The notes under the pieces were generated by a model that was given only the letters and a program-made list of their open reading frames with translations, was not told the DNA's origin and made no database searches. Position numbers and translations under genes: made by a program. This document shows, piece after piece, positions 16,148 through 26,545 of a DNA stretch of 34,997 nt (positions are counted from its first letter, which is position 1; the number at the start of each line of letters is the position of its first letter). Source of the stretch: Thermoplasmata archaeon HGW-Thermoplasmata-1 (GTDB lineage: Archaea > Thermoplasmatota > E2 > GCA-002838935); the NCBI GenBank assembly GCA_002838935.1, contig PGXE01000003.1, positions 1 through 34,997 of the forward strand, in the 5' to 3' direction.

Positions 16148-17275
16148 TCAAAACGGCGTATTCGCGCTCAGTTCCAGTATCGCCGCTTCAAGCGTCCTGC
16201 CTACCGCTTCGAGTGTTTGCGCAGAACAGTCCTCCGGCGTGTCCCGCGTCGTGTGCCAGGTTTCCGGGAAAGGGGCGTGCTCGATTATGTCCACCGCATG
16301 TATCCCCCGCGTCTGGAACGGGATGTGGTCGTCGATGACGCCGCCTTCTGTGGAATTCAAAAACTGGGCGTAACCCAGTCTTGCCGCCGCGTTCCATATC
16401 ATATCGTTAAGCCAGGGGTTTCCGCGCCCCTGCTGCCATTCGGAATAATGCTCCCGCGTGAAGGTCGCGTTGATTCCTCCGACCATATCCACGAGTATCA
16501 TGCCGATCGTGTTGTTGACCTCCTCTTCGCTCATCCTCCCTGCGTGGTATTGCGAGCCGAGACACCAGTCGTATCCCTCGCTTCCCCAATATGCGCCGCT
16601 ATCCTCAAAGTCGAAGAAGACGAACTTTATCGTGAAGTTCAGGCTTGCTTTTGAAAGCGCTCGCGCGAGTTCCAAAAGAACGGCGACCCCGCTCGCGCCG
16701 TCGTTTGCGCCAAGGACGGGCGTATCCGGGTCGCGGTAATCCCCCTGCCCGTAATAGGCCGGGCGGTCTGCCCAGGGTCTCGTGTCGTAGTGCGCACCCA
16801 ATATGAGGGTCTTTGGCGCGGTAAGGTTTTGCGGCGCTCCGCCCGTGCCAAGCGTCTGTTCTATAGCCGCGCGAAGCCATTCCGCCGAGGTCATCGCCCC
16901 GACGACGTTGTGGTATCCTGTTCCGTTGACAGGCACACCGTCCGGGTCGAGCGTGAAGTTCTCAAGATAACTGAACTCTTCTGCGCTGCCCGCCGGCAAT
17001 AGCGCGTTCTGCATGAGTTCGCCGGCTATGGCGTTCGCTATCCGGCTGTTTCCCTCGCTCCCCGGTTGGCGGTAGATGGGTTGCGCTTCGTCGAACGCGC
17101 CCGCAACATCGTCGTATTCGTAGCACTGCCTCAATATCCAGTCGTATGCATTTTCTCCACTGAAACAAAGGGCCTCCTCTCCGCCGGCAGGGTCGTCTTT
17201 CGATACGCACCCGGACGACATTGTCGCCGCAACGAGGAGGATGGCGAGTGTAAAAACCGCGATTTTTGCATTCAT
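16148..17275 (-). CDS. Glutaminyl-peptide cyclotransferase-like M28-fold metalloenzyme with a signal peptide and lipobox
   Basis: N-terminus MNAKIAVFTLAILLVAATMSSGC (lipobox-like SGC). M28/QC metal and catalytic blocks are GAHYDTR, GANDGASGVAVLLELARAL, FVFFDFEDSG and ILVDMVGG. The C-terminal GGVIDDHIPFQTRGIHAVDIIEHAPFPETWHTTRD closely parallels the human QPCT segment [35 protein letters not shown], recalled from memory. Confidence 0.8.
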   Translation of the reverse strand: MNAKIAVFTLAILLVAATMSSGCVSKDDPAGGEEALCFSGENAYDWILRQCYEYDDVAGAFDEAQPIYRQPGSEGNSRIANAIAGELMQNALLPAGSAEEFSYLENFTLDPDGVPVNGTGYHNVVGAMTSAEWLRAAIEQTLGTGGAPQNLTAPKTLILGAHYDTRPWADRPAYYGQGDYRDPDTPVLGANDGASGVAVLLELARALSKASLNFTIKFVFFDFEDSGAYWGSEGYDWCLGSQYHAGRMSEEEVNNTIGMILVDMVGGINATFTREHYSEWQQGRGNPWLNDMIWNAAARLGYAQFLNSTEGGVIDDHIPFQTRGIHAVDIIEHAPFPETWHTTRDTPEDCSAQTLEAVGRTLEAAILELSANTPF

Positions 17276-17437
17276 CTTATCGCCGTTGCATTGCCTTTGG
17301 GCTCATTAAGTTTTGTGCGGCCTAAAAACAAATGGCCCTCCGGCGCCGCCCGCGCCATGCGCGCGCCTTCCATTACAAGGTTTTTAATCCTGTTCGTGAT
17401 ACGGGTTTCCGTCTTCGTTTAAAACAAGGTGGTGTAA

Positions 17438-18832
17438 ATGAACGGACTGGACCCGATATTCAAGCCTCGTTCCATAGTCGTATACGGCGTCTCGAGGGAC
17501 GCCGACAAGATGGGATCCATCATATACGGCAACCTGAAGAGCTATACCGACCGGCTCTACATAGTCCATCCCGGCACAGAGGAGATAAACGGCGAGCGGT
17601 GCTACAAGAGCGCTGTCGACATCCCCGACGAGATAGACCTTGCCATAATCGCCCTTCCAGCCAAGTATACCGTCGGCGCAATGCGCGACTGCGCGGCAAA
17701 GGGGGTCAGGTCAGCAATACCGATAGCTGGCGGATTCAAGGAAGCGGGCGGCGACGGCGCGAACCTCGAAGAGGAGTTGAGGGAAGTCATAAAAAGTTCA
17801 GGCATGCGGGTAATCGGCCCGAATACCGTCGGCATATACATGCCGCACTCCGGCCTTAACACGCTTTTCCTTCCAAAGGACCGCATAGGCATGGCAAAAC
17901 CGGGCCACATAGCGTTGATAAGCCAGTCCGGCTTCATGGCCTCGGCATTCATGGACATGGCCTGCGCTCACGACCTTGGACTTTCCGCATTCGTCGGCTT
18001 TGGCAACAGGGCGGACGTGAACGAGAACGAGCTTGTGCGCTACTTCGCAGAGGATCCGGACACCAGGACAATCATCGTATACCTCGAATCGTTTTCGAAC
18101 GGGCGCGAGTTCATAGAGATATGCCGCGAGGTAAACAAGAAAAAGCCAGTCGTCGTGCTAAAGGCGGGCAGGACGAAAAGCGGCGCACGCGCCGCGGCAA
18201 GCCACACCGGTTCGCTTAGCGCATCCGACGTCGTGACAAAGGGCGCCCTCAAGCAGGCGGGCATAACGCGCGCGCTCGACGAGCACGAACTCCTCGACGA
18301 CGGTATAGTACTGACCTACAACCGCCCCATCTGCGGGCGGCGCATCGGCGTCGTGACGACCGCGGGCGGCGCCGGCGTTATAGCCGCGGATTACATCGAA
18401 TCAAAAGAAGCTGGCTTCGACCTTGAGATGGCGGTCTTCGGCAAGGAGACGATGGCAAGGCTAAAAGAGGCGCTCCCGCCGTTCGCGTCCGTCGGCAACC
18501 CGATAGACCTGACTGCGGCTGCTGACGATGCGATGTACGACAAGACGATAGAGTGCCTTCAGGAAAGCGAGGAGGTGGATGCGATACTCGTCTTCGCGCT
18601 TTTCCAGAGCCCCTATGTTTCCGGCGCGACCGTGGACGTGATAAAGAAGTGGTACGACAACGGCAAGAAGCCGATGGTGATCTGCTGCATAGGCGGGGAC
18701 TACACAAAGTTCTACATCGACCAGTTACACAGAAAGGGCGTGACGACCTACTCGTCTACAATACGTGCCCTCGCCGCGATAAGGACCCTTGTCGACAGGG
18801 GAACTTTCTTGAAAAGAGAAGGGATTGTCTAG
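17438..18832 (+). CDS. acdA: Acetyl-CoA synthetase (ADP-forming) / acyl-CoA synthetase (NDP-forming) alpha subunit
   Basis: N-terminal CoA-binding fold (PRSIVVYGVSRDADKMGS), then GPNTVG, LISQSGF and the phosphohistidine loop AASHTGSLS. SD aaGGTGGTG lies 5 nt before the ATG. No ATP-grasp beta subunit gene is in the window. Confidence 0.85.
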   Translation: MNGLDPIFKPRSIVVYGVSRDADKMGSIIYGNLKSYTDRLYIVHPGTEEINGERCYKSAVDIPDEIDLAIIALPAKYTVGAMRDCAAKGVRSAIPIAGGFKEAGGDGANLEEELREVIKSSGMRVIGPNTVGIYMPHSGLNTLFLPKDRIGMAKPGHIALISQSGFMASAFMDMACAHDLGLSAFVGFGNRADVNENELVRYFAEDPDTRTIIVYLESFSNGREFIEICREVNKKKPVVVLKAGRTKSGARAAASHTGSLSASDVVTKGALKQAGITRALDEHELLDDGIVLTYNRPICGRRIGVVTTAGGAGVIAADYIESKEAGFDLEMAVFGKETMARLKEALPPFASVGNPIDLTAAADDAMYDKTIECLQESEEVDAILVFALFQSPYVSGATVDVIKKWYDNGKKPMVICCIGGDYTKFYIDQLHRKGVTTYSSTIRALAAIRTLVDRGTFLKREGIV

Positions 18833-18842
18833 AACCCCGCAT

Positions 18843-18864
18843 CTCTTTTTGTTTTATAAAAGAG
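18843..18864. terminator. AT-rich hairpin with internal T-tracts between convergent genes
   Basis: ctctttt-tgttttat-aaaagag has 7-bp arms. It sits between the acdA stop (18832) and the stop of the minus-strand membrane protein gene (18880). Confidence 0.4.
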
Positions 18865-18879
18865 GCGTGCGCCGTCGTT

Positions 18880-19506
18880 TCAACGGCCCGTTATTTTTCC
18901 TAGCTCGGCAGATGCGTCCGACAGGTCGGCCAGGGCCTCTTCGAGGGTCGCCAGGGCCTCTTCGGGGCAGTTCTCTACCGCGCATGTCCACGCCCGATGG
19001 AATATCCTCTGGCCCCGCCTCATCTTCCCGTTTATCTCCGTCCACTTCTCGGGGTCCGTCCCGGTCTTTATGCGGTAGAGGGGTTTTTCTATCCCAAGGA
19101 CTATCTCTTTCGCCTCGTATCTGTCCATCTCGGCGGCCCACTCCAGTAGCTCCTTATGGGATAGCCCTGCCCCGGATTCGATTTTTTTTCTGGCCTCGCA
19201 GGTCAGCTTTCCAAGCATGCCGTCGTATTCCGCACCCTCTTTTTCGTGCCTCTCGTTCGCCTTTGCGACGCACTGTTTCTTTCGCTCCCGCCTTATCACA
19301 ACCGCCGAAACGGACAGCAGGACGGTTGAAATTATGAAGTAGCTGTAGTTCGGCTGGTGCCTCACCATGTCGTATATGTATTCGTGGCTTCCGGATCGGT
19401 ATATCCATTCCCCCGTGTGCGCGACCTCTACCGCCCCCATCGCAAGAAGCACCATTGCGAATATGAAGCACTCGACCGCCACTATGTATTTCCAGCCGGC
19501 CGACAT
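18880..19506 (-). CDS. Hypothetical membrane protein (two N-terminal TM helices plus a charged helical cytoplasmic domain)
   Basis: ATG 19506 shares one base with the OPT stop codon (TGATG). The GTG at 19509 used by the ORF track would give a GTGA overlap. TM segments are WKYIVAVECFIFAMVLLAMGAV and YSYFIISTVLLSVSAVVI. No family recognised. Confidence 0.55.
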   Translation of the reverse strand: MSAGWKYIVAVECFIFAMVLLAMGAVEVAHTGEWIYRSGSHEYIYDMVRHQPNYSYFIISTVLLSVSAVVIRRERKKQCVAKANERHEKEGAEYDGMLGKLTCEARKKIESGAGLSHKELLEWAAEMDRYEAKEIVLGIEKPLYRIKTGTDPEKWTEINGKMRRGQRIFHRAWTCAVENCPEEALATLEEALADLSDASAELGKITGR

Positions 19507-21239
19507 CACGCACCACCCCCCGGAAGCGCCTTGCTTATGATATACAGGGCGTTCACCAACATCGTTATCGCGTCTCCCGCAATCAGCCCCGCAGCGAACG
19601 GAATCGCGTACTCCTTTGTCTTCTCCTCGCCGAATATCTTAGATGCAAGCGATCTGCACCAGCCGCCCGCCGCCAGGGCGAACGGGTAGGACATCGGAAG
19701 GTAGATGCCTATCCCTGCCATGACGCCGCTTATGCCTGCAACGCTCAGGGTGGTGCCAAGCACGACACCGCCGAGTATCGTGAAATATGGCACCGCGCCG
19801 CCCTTCACCATCTCGATTATTCCCTGCAGCGCGCCCGCCTGCGGCGCGGGCAGGACGTCCCCGCCTATCCCGTACGCCTTTGCCAGCACGCCGAGTATTA
19901 TGAGCGCCACTGGGATGCCGACGACAGGGCTGTATATCTGGACGAGCTGCTGCTTTCGCGGAACGGAGCCGACCAGATGCCCGGTCTTAAGGTCGTGCAT
20001 CATGTCGCTTGCCTCCCCTGCCGCAACGCAGACCGCGGCACCCATCATGACGGCTGCGTAGACGCCGGATCTGCTCGTACCGAATATGGCGAGCATGAGC
20101 AGGGTCGCTATGAGCGCCATGCCCGATATCGGGCTCATGTTGGTAAGGCCAGAGCACTCCGAGATTATGACCGCGGCCATGAATATCCAGATCATCCCGA
20201 CGACACCTGCAATTAGACCTCTGATCGGATCGCCAGACGCGATGATTCCTATCAGGCTAAGACCGACAAGACCGCCGACCGCGAGTATTATGAGCGCCTT
20301 TCCAGGCATCTCGCCCGTGTTCTTCCAGTCTGCCTTGAGTATCGATTTCACGCCGTGCGCCATCGCCTTGCCGGAGAAGACAAAACCCATGAGCGCACCA
20401 CCGATGAGCGCGCCGACGCCGAACGGTTTGAGGACGAACTGCTGGACTGCGGGGAATGCCGACTTGATCCCTTCCGCATCGCTTGCGGGCACTATCCCCT
20501 TCATGACCGCCCACGGCGCAAGGACGAAAGAGCCAAAGAGGCAGAAGACGAAGGTTATGGATGCGAGCTTTCCTCCCGTGATTATGCCTGCGCCTATCAG
20601 GGCTGTGGACACGGCAAAGGCGAACGGGATGTAGGGCGGAAGCCCAAGCCATTCCCCTAACGGCAGTTCCCTTGAAAGTGGGATGATGCGATTGAGGAAA
20701 TCGAGCCCACTGCCGATTGTCATGAGCGTTACGAGCGTTCCGATGGCAAAACCGACGAGCATTATCTTGGACTTGCGAACGCCTTCGCCGGGCGCCTTCA
20801 ATATCTCGGCGACGGCGGTGCCCCCCGGGAACGGCAGGGCGTCGATCTCTATCATCTGCTTGCGCAAGGGAATTATGAAAACGATGCCCGCAAGGGCGCC
20901 TATCACGGCCGCTATCCCCATGTAGACGAGGTTGAAGTCGTTGTAGCCAAGAAGCCAGAGCGCGGGCACCGTGAATATGAGGCCGCCCGCCACGTGCGCA
21001 ACGCCCGAACCGGAGGTCTGCGTGATGTTTATCTCGAGTATGGTGCCGTTCTTCTTGAAAATGGGGAGTATTCCTTTGAATACGCCAAAGCCGATTATGG
21101 CAACCGGGATGGATGCGCCGGGCGCTATCCCCGCCATGAGGCCGACGTAGACCGTGGCCGCGCAGATTACCACCCCGGACACAAGACCGAGTATGACCGC
21201 CTTCGGCGATATTTCCGATATGCTCTTCATAATTGCCAT
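19506..21239 (-). CDS. OPT-superfamily oligopeptide transporter
   Basis: 577-aa polytopic Gly-rich membrane protein whose overall pattern matches prokaryotic OPT/EspB-type transporters as I remember them. SD GGAGAGAGGA lies just upstream of ATG 21239. Confidence 0.8.
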   Translation of the reverse strand: MAIMKSISEISPKAVILGLVSGVVICAATVYVGLMAGIAPGASIPVAIIGFGVFKGILPIFKKNGTILEINITQTSGSGVAHVAGGLIFTVPALWLLGYNDFNLVYMGIAAVIGALAGIVFIIPLRKQMIEIDALPFPGGTAVAEILKAPGEGVRKSKIMLVGFAIGTLVTLMTIGSGLDFLNRIIPLSRELPLGEWLGLPPYIPFAFAVSTALIGAGIITGGKLASITFVFCLFGSFVLAPWAVMKGIVPASDAEGIKSAFPAVQQFVLKPFGVGALIGGALMGFVFSGKAMAHGVKSILKADWKNTGEMPGKALIILAVGGLVGLSLIGIIASGDPIRGLIAGVVGMIWIFMAAVIISECSGLTNMSPISGMALIATLLMLAIFGTSRSGVYAAVMMGAAVCVAAGEASDMMHDLKTGHLVGSVPRKQQLVQIYSPVVGIPVALIILGVLAKAYGIGGDVLPAPQAGALQGIIEMVKGGAVPYFTILGGVVLGTTLSVAGISGVMAGIGIYLPMSYPFALAAGGWCRSLASKIFGEEKTKEYAIPFAAGLIAGDAITMLVNALYIISKALPGGGA

Positions 21240-21329
21240 CTGTCCTCTCTCCTCTGAAGGAGATGAGAATGGAGTTTCTTTTTAAAAAAGGTTATGAAGA
21301 AAAAAGGGGGCCGCCGGGGGATTTACGCC

Positions 21330-21602
21330 CTACCCGCCCATGCTGACCATCGGCGCTTCCTCGTCAATGCCTTCGGGCAGGGAAACCAGGGTCTCGGTGC
21401 TCTTTATACCCTTTATGGCATGAAGCTTTTCTGTAACGGTCCTGAGAAGCTTGTTGATGTTAGTGTCCTTGAAAAGCGCCACGAGATCGTAGCGCCCCGT
21501 GACGGCATGGACCTCGTCCGCCTGCTTAAGTTTCTCTATCGCCTTCTTCACCTCAATGACCTTTCCGGCATCGCAGTTTATCATTACGAATATCGCGCTC
21601 AT
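21330..21602 (-). CDS. Stand-alone Lrp/AsnC ligand-binding (RAM) domain protein, 90 aa, with no helix-turn-helix
   Basis: MSAIFVMINCDAGKVIEVKKAIEKL...VHAVTGRYDLVALF...IKSTETLV matches the AsnC-type effector domain fold pattern. GGAGGA (21612-21607) sits 4 nt before ATG 21602. The track start at 21614 is a TTG inside that SD. Confidence 0.75.
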   Translation of the reverse strand: MSAIFVMINCDAGKVIEVKKAIEKLKQADEVHAVTGRYDLVALFKDTNINKLLRTVTEKLHAIKGIKSTETLVSLPEGIDEEAPMVSMGG

Positions 21603-21678
21603 TGTTTCCTCCAAGTAGGGGTTTGTCGAAAGGTGTATAAAAAAGTATGCGCTCGGTGCTTTCCCCGGATCGCCCTGA

Positions 21679-22365
21679 TTACAGTTCGTCGCTCTTGTCT
21701 GTGTATTTTCCCCGCTCGAATCCCATTTCCGGGAAGGGGTTTATCACGCCGGATGCCGTATTGTAGAGGTGTGCCGAGATGCGGCGCAGGTTCATGCCGA
21801 GCGCGGCGTAGACGATGGCCTGGTTGGGGGTTAAGCCCTCCTGCTTGTTTAGCAGGGCGATCAGTTCGGCGTGCATCTTCTTTATGGTCTTGTTGTGCAT
21901 GCCGGCAGCCTTTTCGGCCTTTTTTACATCTTCGTGCTTCAGCGCGTCGTGAACGAGGGGGAACATGCCGCCGACGGCCCCCATCATCTCCTTAACCTTG
22001 TCCTTGTATTCCCCGTCTTTTACATCTGCCGGGTAAAGGCAGCTTATCTGCGCTATGTTCTTGCAGTAGTCGCCGATGCGCTCGTAGTGAACCACGGTCT
22101 CAAGAAGCATGAGGGCCGCGTTTATGTCCGGTGCGCGGTTGAGGGCGAGGTAATTCATTATCTTGACCCTCACCGATATCTCGTACTTGTTCAGGCGGGT
22201 GTCGTCATATATGAGCTCCTGCATGACCGGCTTGTTATCCAGAACGCAGTCGAAGGCGTCGCCGAACATCTTTTGGGTCTTTTTGCTCATCTCCGAAACG
22301 TCGGCGTATACGTGCTCGAGTATCTTGCTTTTAGTGAAGGCGTCCCATATCGCTCTGTATACCAT
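21679..22365 (-). CDS. phoU: PhoU-family phosphate transport regulator
   Basis: Two PhoU repeats carry the ERIGDYCKNIA motif and a matching second-half helix pattern. The gene lies directly downstream of the Na/Pi cotransporter gene. Confidence 0.85.
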   Translation of the reverse strand: MVYRAIWDAFTKSKILEHVYADVSEMSKKTQKMFGDAFDCVLDNKPVMQELIYDDTRLNKYEISVRVKIMNYLALNRAPDINAALMLLETVVHYERIGDYCKNIAQISCLYPADVKDGEYKDKVKEMMGAVGGMFPLVHDALKHEDVKKAEKAAGMHNKTIKKMHAELIALLNKQEGLTPNQAIVYAALGMNLRRISAHLYNTASGVINPFPEMGFERGKYTDKSDEL

Positions 22366-22407
22366 GACCTCACCTGTTTGAACCTATGCGGCCTCTGTTT
22401 TAATATA

Positions 22408-23838
22408 TTATCTAAGGAGATTAGATAGCAGTATATAGATAATTGGTATGATGAAAAAGGTGGAGAGTATGAATATCGCTACGTACCTCTTCTTTTCGCT
22501 CGCCACCCGCCCGAGCCATTCCGAGAGTTGCAGTATCTTCTTGCGCAGCGGTTTTATCGGATATATGACTACCGTCGCAGTGATGTTGAACATCATGTGA
22601 ACTAAGGCGACGGTAAGCGCGGGTATGCTTCCTGTAGCCATCGAGGCGAGAAACGCGGTCAGCGTTGTGCCTATGGCTGCGCCTATCGTATAGGTGAATA
22701 TCTGCTGCAACGAAAGAAGGCCTGCTCCTGCGAACGGGATTATGAGGCTCGTCGTTACGGATGAGGACTGCACCACGGCCGTAAGCAAAAGGCCGAGAAG
22801 GAACGCGGAAATGCCGTTCTTGAAGAGATATTTCGAAACGAAATTATCCGCCTTTCCGGCAGTGAACACGCGCATCGTGGAGGTGATTAGCTTCAAAGCC
22901 CAGAAAAGAATGGCGAGCGCAAGTATGATCGAACACAATCCAACGAAAAGCGATCCGGAGTTTATCCTCGCTATCCCGTTCATCAACTCGTTGCGCAATG
23001 GTTCGACTATCGCCTTTACGGGGCTTGAAAAGGTGCTGCCCCCGCCGGAGCCGGCAAATACGGCTGCCATACGGCTTGCGATCCATTGCAGGTAACCTAT
23101 TCCAAAAAAGGCCCTTGCCAGCAACTCGGCAGGCAAAAGGATGAGAACCGCCGACATCTTGAAGAAGTCGTGCACCACCGCGCCGGAGAACGCACGCCGG
23201 AATTCGTCCTTTCTCGTTATGTGGCCAAGCGACACCAAAAGGGCGGTTATCGACGTGCCGAGATTCGCCCCCATTACTATAGGTATGGCGTTGCCCATAA
23301 ACCCCGGATTCGCGGCGACAAGCCCGACTACTATCGAAGTGGTTGCCGACGAGGACTGGATTATCGCAGTGGCGATTAGCCCTATGAAGAACCCGGTGAG
23401 CGGGTCGCTTGTCCCCCGTATAAGTCCTTCGGTAAACGAGCCTCCCATCGCCTTGAATCCGCTGCCCATGAGGTCTATCGAGAAAAGGAACGCATACACC
23501 GACAACGCGAGCACGACGGCGCGCACGCTCTTCATGGAACCGAGCCTCCTCAAAAACCGGCCAGCTTTTGAAAACCTGCGTCCGTCCTTTATGTTTTTCA
23601 TCCCCCCATGGTTGCGGTCTTCCGCCTCTTTGCCGCAGGAGTTGGACGGGATGCCTTTTGGTATCATTCCATGTTTAAGATGCGATTCGCCGTAATAACG
23701 GTTGCCCTGCGTATCGGCCGCTGCAACATCCCGTTGCGAAACGCCGCAGTTGGGGCAATGCTCTCCCTCGTGCCCCTTGCCCGCAAAACGCTCGTAGCAG
23801 TTGTGGCAAACCTTGAAATCGGCTCTATCGTCGTTCAT
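22408..23838 (-). CDS. Na+/phosphate cotransporter family protein (NptA-like) with an N-terminal zinc-ribbon extension
   Basis: The duplicated Na_Pi_cotrans signatures are present: QSSSATTSIVVGL and QSSSVTTSLIIPF. The first roughly 80 aa contain CHNC-x15-CPNC (encoded at 23808-23743). Alternative internal starts are Met80 and Met103. Confidence 0.85.
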   Translation of the reverse strand: MNDDRADFKVCHNCYERFAGKGHEGEHCPNCGVSQRDVAAADTQGNRYYGESHLKHGMIPKGIPSNSCGKEAEDRNHGGMKNIKDGRRFSKAGRFLRRLGSMKSVRAVVLALSVYAFLFSIDLMGSGFKAMGGSFTEGLIRGTSDPLTGFFIGLIATAIIQSSSATTSIVVGLVAANPGFMGNAIPIVMGANLGTSITALLVSLGHITRKDEFRRAFSGAVVHDFFKMSAVLILLPAELLARAFFGIGYLQWIASRMAAVFAGSGGGSTFSSPVKAIVEPLRNELMNGIARINSGSLFVGLCSIILALAILFWALKLITSTMRVFTAGKADNFVSKYLFKNGISAFLLGLLLTAVVQSSSVTTSLIIPFAGAGLLSLQQIFTYTIGAAIGTTLTAFLASMATGSIPALTVALVHMMFNITATVVIYPIKPLRKKILQLSEWLGRVASEKKRYVAIFILSTFFIIPIIYILLSNLLR

Positions 23839-23866
23839 GTTTTCCGAAGTGTATCGGCGGGTTCGT

Positions 23867-23936
23867 AGTTAATTATTCACTATATACTCTATATTTTATA
23901 TATATATTATATAAAAAAATTTTTAAATAAATAGAA
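23867..23936. promoter_or_regulatory. Extremely AT-rich divergent promoter region with several TATA-like boxes
   Basis: agttaattattcactatatactctatattttatatatatattatataaaaaaatttttaaataaatag is the most AT-rich stretch in the window. It lies between the divergent Na/Pi transporter and AbrB-PhoU genes. tttaaata (23921-23928) is about 28 nt before ATG 23956, which suggests a leaderless mRNA. Confidence 0.55.
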
Positions 23937-23955
23937 CAATAGCCGTATCGATAGA

Positions 23956-24979
23956 ATGGAAGATAGAATGGAAACGAGAAAGGTGCAGCTTACGGGCGGC
24001 TCTACTTATACAATCTCCCTTCCCAAAAAGTGGACAGAGCTTGCGAATATCAAGAACGGCGACGCGCTCGGGGTGCTGCCGCAGGAGGACGGCTCCATCC
24101 TGATATTTCCCAAGGACTCGAAAAAGAAGGAAAAAAGAAGCATCTCCCTCAAGGTCGAATCTGACGACAAAGAGGAGATAGTGAGGAGGATGATCGGCGC
24201 CTATCTCGCAGGTTACACCGAGATACTGCTCACCTCGAAAGAGCGCTTTTCCCCGGAGATGCGCCAGGCGATAAGGCAGATAACCTACACACTCATAGGC
24301 CCGGAGATGGTTGACGAATCCGCGGATTCGGTGACGATACAGGATTTTCTCGACCCAAGCGAATTCCCCTTCAAAAAGGGCATACGCAGGATGTACCTTA
24401 TAGCGAGGGCTATGCAAAAGGACGCCGTGACCGCCCTTCGGGAAAGGGATTGCCAACTTGCCACGGACGTGCAGGGGAGAGACGACGAGGTTGATAGGCT
24501 CTATTGGCTCATAGCAAAACAGTACAACACCCTCCTTATAGACATGGGTTTTGCCAAAAGGATGGAAACCACTTCGGTCGAAGCTCTCGATTACCTGCTC
24601 GTCGCAAGGACACTCGAGAGGATAGGGGACCACGCAAAGAACATAGCAAAGCACGTCGAGATAATCATAGAGAAAACCGCCGGGTGCGGCGGCGAGATGT
24701 CGCTGCTGCTGCAGAAGGTGGCCGGATTTAGCGACAGCGTTCTATCTCTTCTCGACGATTCCATGACGTCGTTTATTTCAAAATCTTTCGAACTCGCCAA
24801 CGAGACCATCTGCAAGGCGAAGTCGATTGCCGCGGTCAATAAATTTCTGATGGACGACGTAGTGACGCACGGCGACAACGGAAGGCTCACGGTCTCGCTC
24901 TCCTACATGATGGCTTCTCTCAACAGGACCCGCCACTACGTGATAGACATAGCGGAGATAACGATAAACCACATACTCT

Positions 24980-24990
<11 letters not shown>
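23956..24990 (+). CDS. AbrB/SpoVT-domain plus double-PhoU-domain phosphate uptake regulator
   Basis: The N-terminus METRKVQLTGGSTYTISLPKKW is the SpoVT/AbrB swapped-hairpin motif typical of archaeal PhoU homologues. Later, LERIGDHAKNIAKH is a PhoU motif. ATG 23968 is an alternative start. Confidence 0.85.

Positions 24991-26545
<1,555 letters not shown>

Noticed and set aside
18929-18964. Direct DNA repeat gccagggcctcttcg x2 (21-bp period)
   Set aside because: It lies inside the 209-aa membrane-protein gene and simply encodes the duplicated LEEALA peptide motif. It is not an independent element.
21294-21995. 233-aa plus-strand ORF spanning the Lrp-RAM and PhoU genes
   Set aside because: It lies antisense to two genes with clear family motifs and gives an Arg/Cys/Pro-rich product.
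23923-24654. 243-aa minus-strand ORF antisense to the AbrB-PhoU gene
   Set aside because: The plus frame carries the SpoVT/AbrB and PhoU motifs. The antisense product has no features and would start inside the AT-rich promoter.
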